From: Hyphomicrobiales bacterium | GTDB lineage: Bacteria > Pseudomonadota > Alphaproteobacteria > Rhizobiales > NORP267 | DNA: 64,000 nucleotides | Reading direction: 5' to 3' | Assembly: GCA_030688605.1 (NCBI GenBank) | Contig: JAUYJB010000051.1 | Location: forward strand, 304-64,303 | Shown: one piece after another, positions 62,653 to 64,000 of the stretch | How the letters are laid out: every line of letters starts with the position of its first letter | Position numbering within the stretch: the first letter of the stretch is position 1 | Notes under the pieces: generated by a model | The model's database searches: none | What the model was told of the DNA's origin: nothing | Seen by the model: only the letters and a program-made list of their open reading frames with translations | Position numbers and translations under genes: made by a program

Positions 62653-63831
62653 TCATGAGGTATCGTGCCAGAAGGATGGGCGGCGCGGTTGTGGCCGCGG
62701 CAGGGTGACGAGAGTGATCATTGCGCCGCCACAGCAGGAGCAGCGATCGGGTCTGTGCAACGGAGCAGTATCCTGGGCTTGTTCGGCGGTCGGTTCTGCA
62801 GACGCTACCTCCAGCAGCCCGCGGCAGAGCGCCAGCTTCGCCGCGCGATGGCCGTTGGCGAGGAAGCCGTAGTGGCGGATGCGATGGAAGCCATCCGGCA
62901 GGGTGTGCAGGAGAAAGCGTCGAATGAACTCGTGTGCGTTGAGGGTCATGACCTTCGACTTGCTGTGGTGGCGGTAGTCCTTCCAGCGGAAGGCGACTTC
63001 ATCGTCTGTCATGCTGATCAAACGCGCATTGGCGATGGCAACCCGATGCGTATATCGGCCGAGATAGGCCAGGACTTGCGCGGGTCCGCCGAAGGGTGGC
63101 TTGGCATAGACTGCCCATTCGACGCCACAAAGCTCGCGGAGCCGGCGGGAGAATGCGGCGGGCTCGGCGAGGCCAGCGAGCGCGCCGAAGAAGCCGAGTT
63201 CACCCGCTTCGAAGTCGGCGCGCAGTTGGTCGAGGAACAGCCGGCGAAAGAGGCGCGAGAGCACGCGAACCGGCAGGAAGAATCCTGGTCGGCAGCTGAC
63301 CCAGCGGGTGCCGTCGAGCGATGGGCCGCCGCCCGGCACGACGCAATGGACATGGGGATGGTGGTGCAGCGTCTGACCCCAGGTATGGAGCACGGCGACG
63401 AATCCGATCTCGGCGCCGAGATGCTTGGGATCGGCGGCGATGGTGTGCAGCGTCTCGGCGGCGGCTCGGAACAGAATGGCGTAGACCGTCTCCTTGTTCT
63501 GGAACGCAATCTCGGCGACCGGAGCCGGCAGGGTGAAGACGACGTGGAAATACGGCACCGGCAGCAACTCGGCCGCTCGCGCCGCAAGCCAATCGGCGCG
63601 GGCCGATCCCTGGCACTTGGGGCAGTGCCGGTTGCGACAGGAGTTATAAGCGCAGCGAACCAATCCACAATCCGAGCAAGCCTCGATGTGGCCACCCAGT
63701 TCGGCGGTTCGGCACAGCTCGATGGCGCTCATGACCCGACGTTCGACGCGGCTCAGATGACCGTCATGCACCCGTCGATAAGCATCGCCGTGGTGGCGGA
63801 AGACATCCGCCACTTCCAGACCGGCCGGCAT
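62653..63831 (-). CDS. IS91 family (HUH/Y2 rolling-circle) transposase
   Basis: Zn-finger CSDCGLVRCAYNSCRNRHCPKCQ, YFHVVFTLP, the HUH motif in LHTWGQTLHHHPHVHCVVPGG, and the C-terminal YLGRYTHRVAIAN...RIRHYGFL. Confidence 0.9.
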   Translation of the reverse strand: MPAGLEVADVFRHHGDAYRRVHDGHLSRVERRVMSAIELCRTAELGGHIEACSDCGLVRCAYNSCRNRHCPKCQGSARADWLAARAAELLPVPYFHVVFTLPAPVAEIAFQNKETVYAILFRAAAETLHTIAADPKHLGAEIGFVAVLHTWGQTLHHHPHVHCVVPGGGPSLDGTRWVSCRPGFFLPVRVLSRLFRRLFLDQLRADFEAGELGFFGALAGLAEPAAFSRRLRELCGVEWAVYAKPPFGGPAQVLAYLGRYTHRVAIANARLISMTDDEVAFRWKDYRHHSKSKVMTLNAHEFIRRFLLHTLPDGFHRIRHYGFLANGHRAAKLALCRGLLEVASAEPTAEQAQDTAPLHRPDRCSCCGGAMITLVTLPRPQPRRPSFWHDTS

Positions 63832-63843
63832 GGCGCGGTCCGA

Positions 63844-64000
63844 TCAGGCGGGCGGCACCACCTCCAAGGTCAGCCGGTCGAGCGGGCTCTCGGTCCGCCG
63901 GATCAACCCGTTCGAGACCCGCGTGTAGCGCGCCGTGCTCGACAGATTACTGTGGCCCAGGAGCACCTGGATGATGCGGATATCGGTGCCGCTCTCCAGG
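63844..64000 (-). CDS. tyrosine recombinase/integrase, C-terminal end only (runs off the right edge)
   Basis: The minus strand reads ..LESGTDIRIIQVLLGHSNLSSTARYTRVSNGLIRRTESPLDRLTLEVVPPA*, which contains the LLGH...RY catalytic box. The stop is 12 nt upstream of the IS91 transposase start. I recall this pairing from IS91-related elements. Confidence 0.75.
   Translation of the reverse strand, partial: LESGTDIRIIQVLLGHSNLSSTARYTRVSNGLIRRTESPLDRLTLEVVPPA

Noticed and set aside
62399-62656. 85-aa minus-strand ORF whose ATG overlaps the IS91 transposase stop (ATGA)
   Set aside because: It has no recognisable motif and no Shine-Dalgarno, and its composition is not clearly coding. IS91 elements are generally described with a single transposase gene, so I did not call it.
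47320-64000. Search for a direct repeat of the tRNA-Ser 3' end (attR) to delimit the island
   Set aside because: Reading by eye, I found no second copy of the ...GAATCCCTCTCCCTCCGCCA segment in the window. The distal border is presumably beyond 64000, so no att site is reported.
1-64000. CRISPR arrays, rRNA genes and prophage structural modules
   Set aside because: I saw no regularly spaced direct repeats with unique spacers, no 16S/23S/5S-like sequence, and no capsid, tail or terminase-like ORFs.

Overview
High-G+C chromosomal segment that by gene content looks alphaproteobacterial, Hyphomicrobiales/Rhizobiales-like (DUF1036-pyk, DUF2794, IalB-like, dmeRF, cyclic beta-1,2-glucan synthase, CtrA-type box). 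This taxon call is inference only. Layout: (i) 1-7.0 kb is housekeeping genes plus a dmeR-dmeF metal-efflux pair with a clear operator. (ii) 7.1-21.1 kb is an accessory catabolic region. It holds a sigma-54-promoted ubiX / UbiD-family decarboxylase / two family III CoA-transferase operon with its own sigma-54 activator and a shared TTTCA-N4-TGAAA palindrome. Next to it are a SAM methyltransferase, an enolase-superfamily enzyme translationally coupled to a TRAP transporter, and two paralogous double-wHTH GntR regulators. (iii) 21.1-22.7 kb is gene-poor, with a small ORF and two paralogous 75/77-aa two-TM microproteins. (iv) 22.7-30.4 kb holds a large MCP, a secreted orthocaspase with five tandem PPC-like repeats, and a TPR/DUF900 hydrolase. 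(v) 30.5-47.2 kb is mostly core genes (FAH, manC, htpG, BI-1, ybbAP-like ABC, tesA-like, thpR, phhB, rlmN). It also contains a REP-like insertion, a relic FAH 3' end, a frameshifted low-GC gene and an orphan terminator that may mark an sRNA. (vi) From tRNA-Ser(GGA) at 47.2 kb to the window end is an integrase-linked genomic island. It carries IS256, IS5 and IS91 elements, an intact 2823-aa cyclic glucan synthase coupled to a tandem-Usp gene, and transketolase/phosphoglucomutase remnants. I saw no rRNA and no CRISPR array. Many long ORFs in the track are antisense or out-of-frame shadows typical of high-GC DNA.
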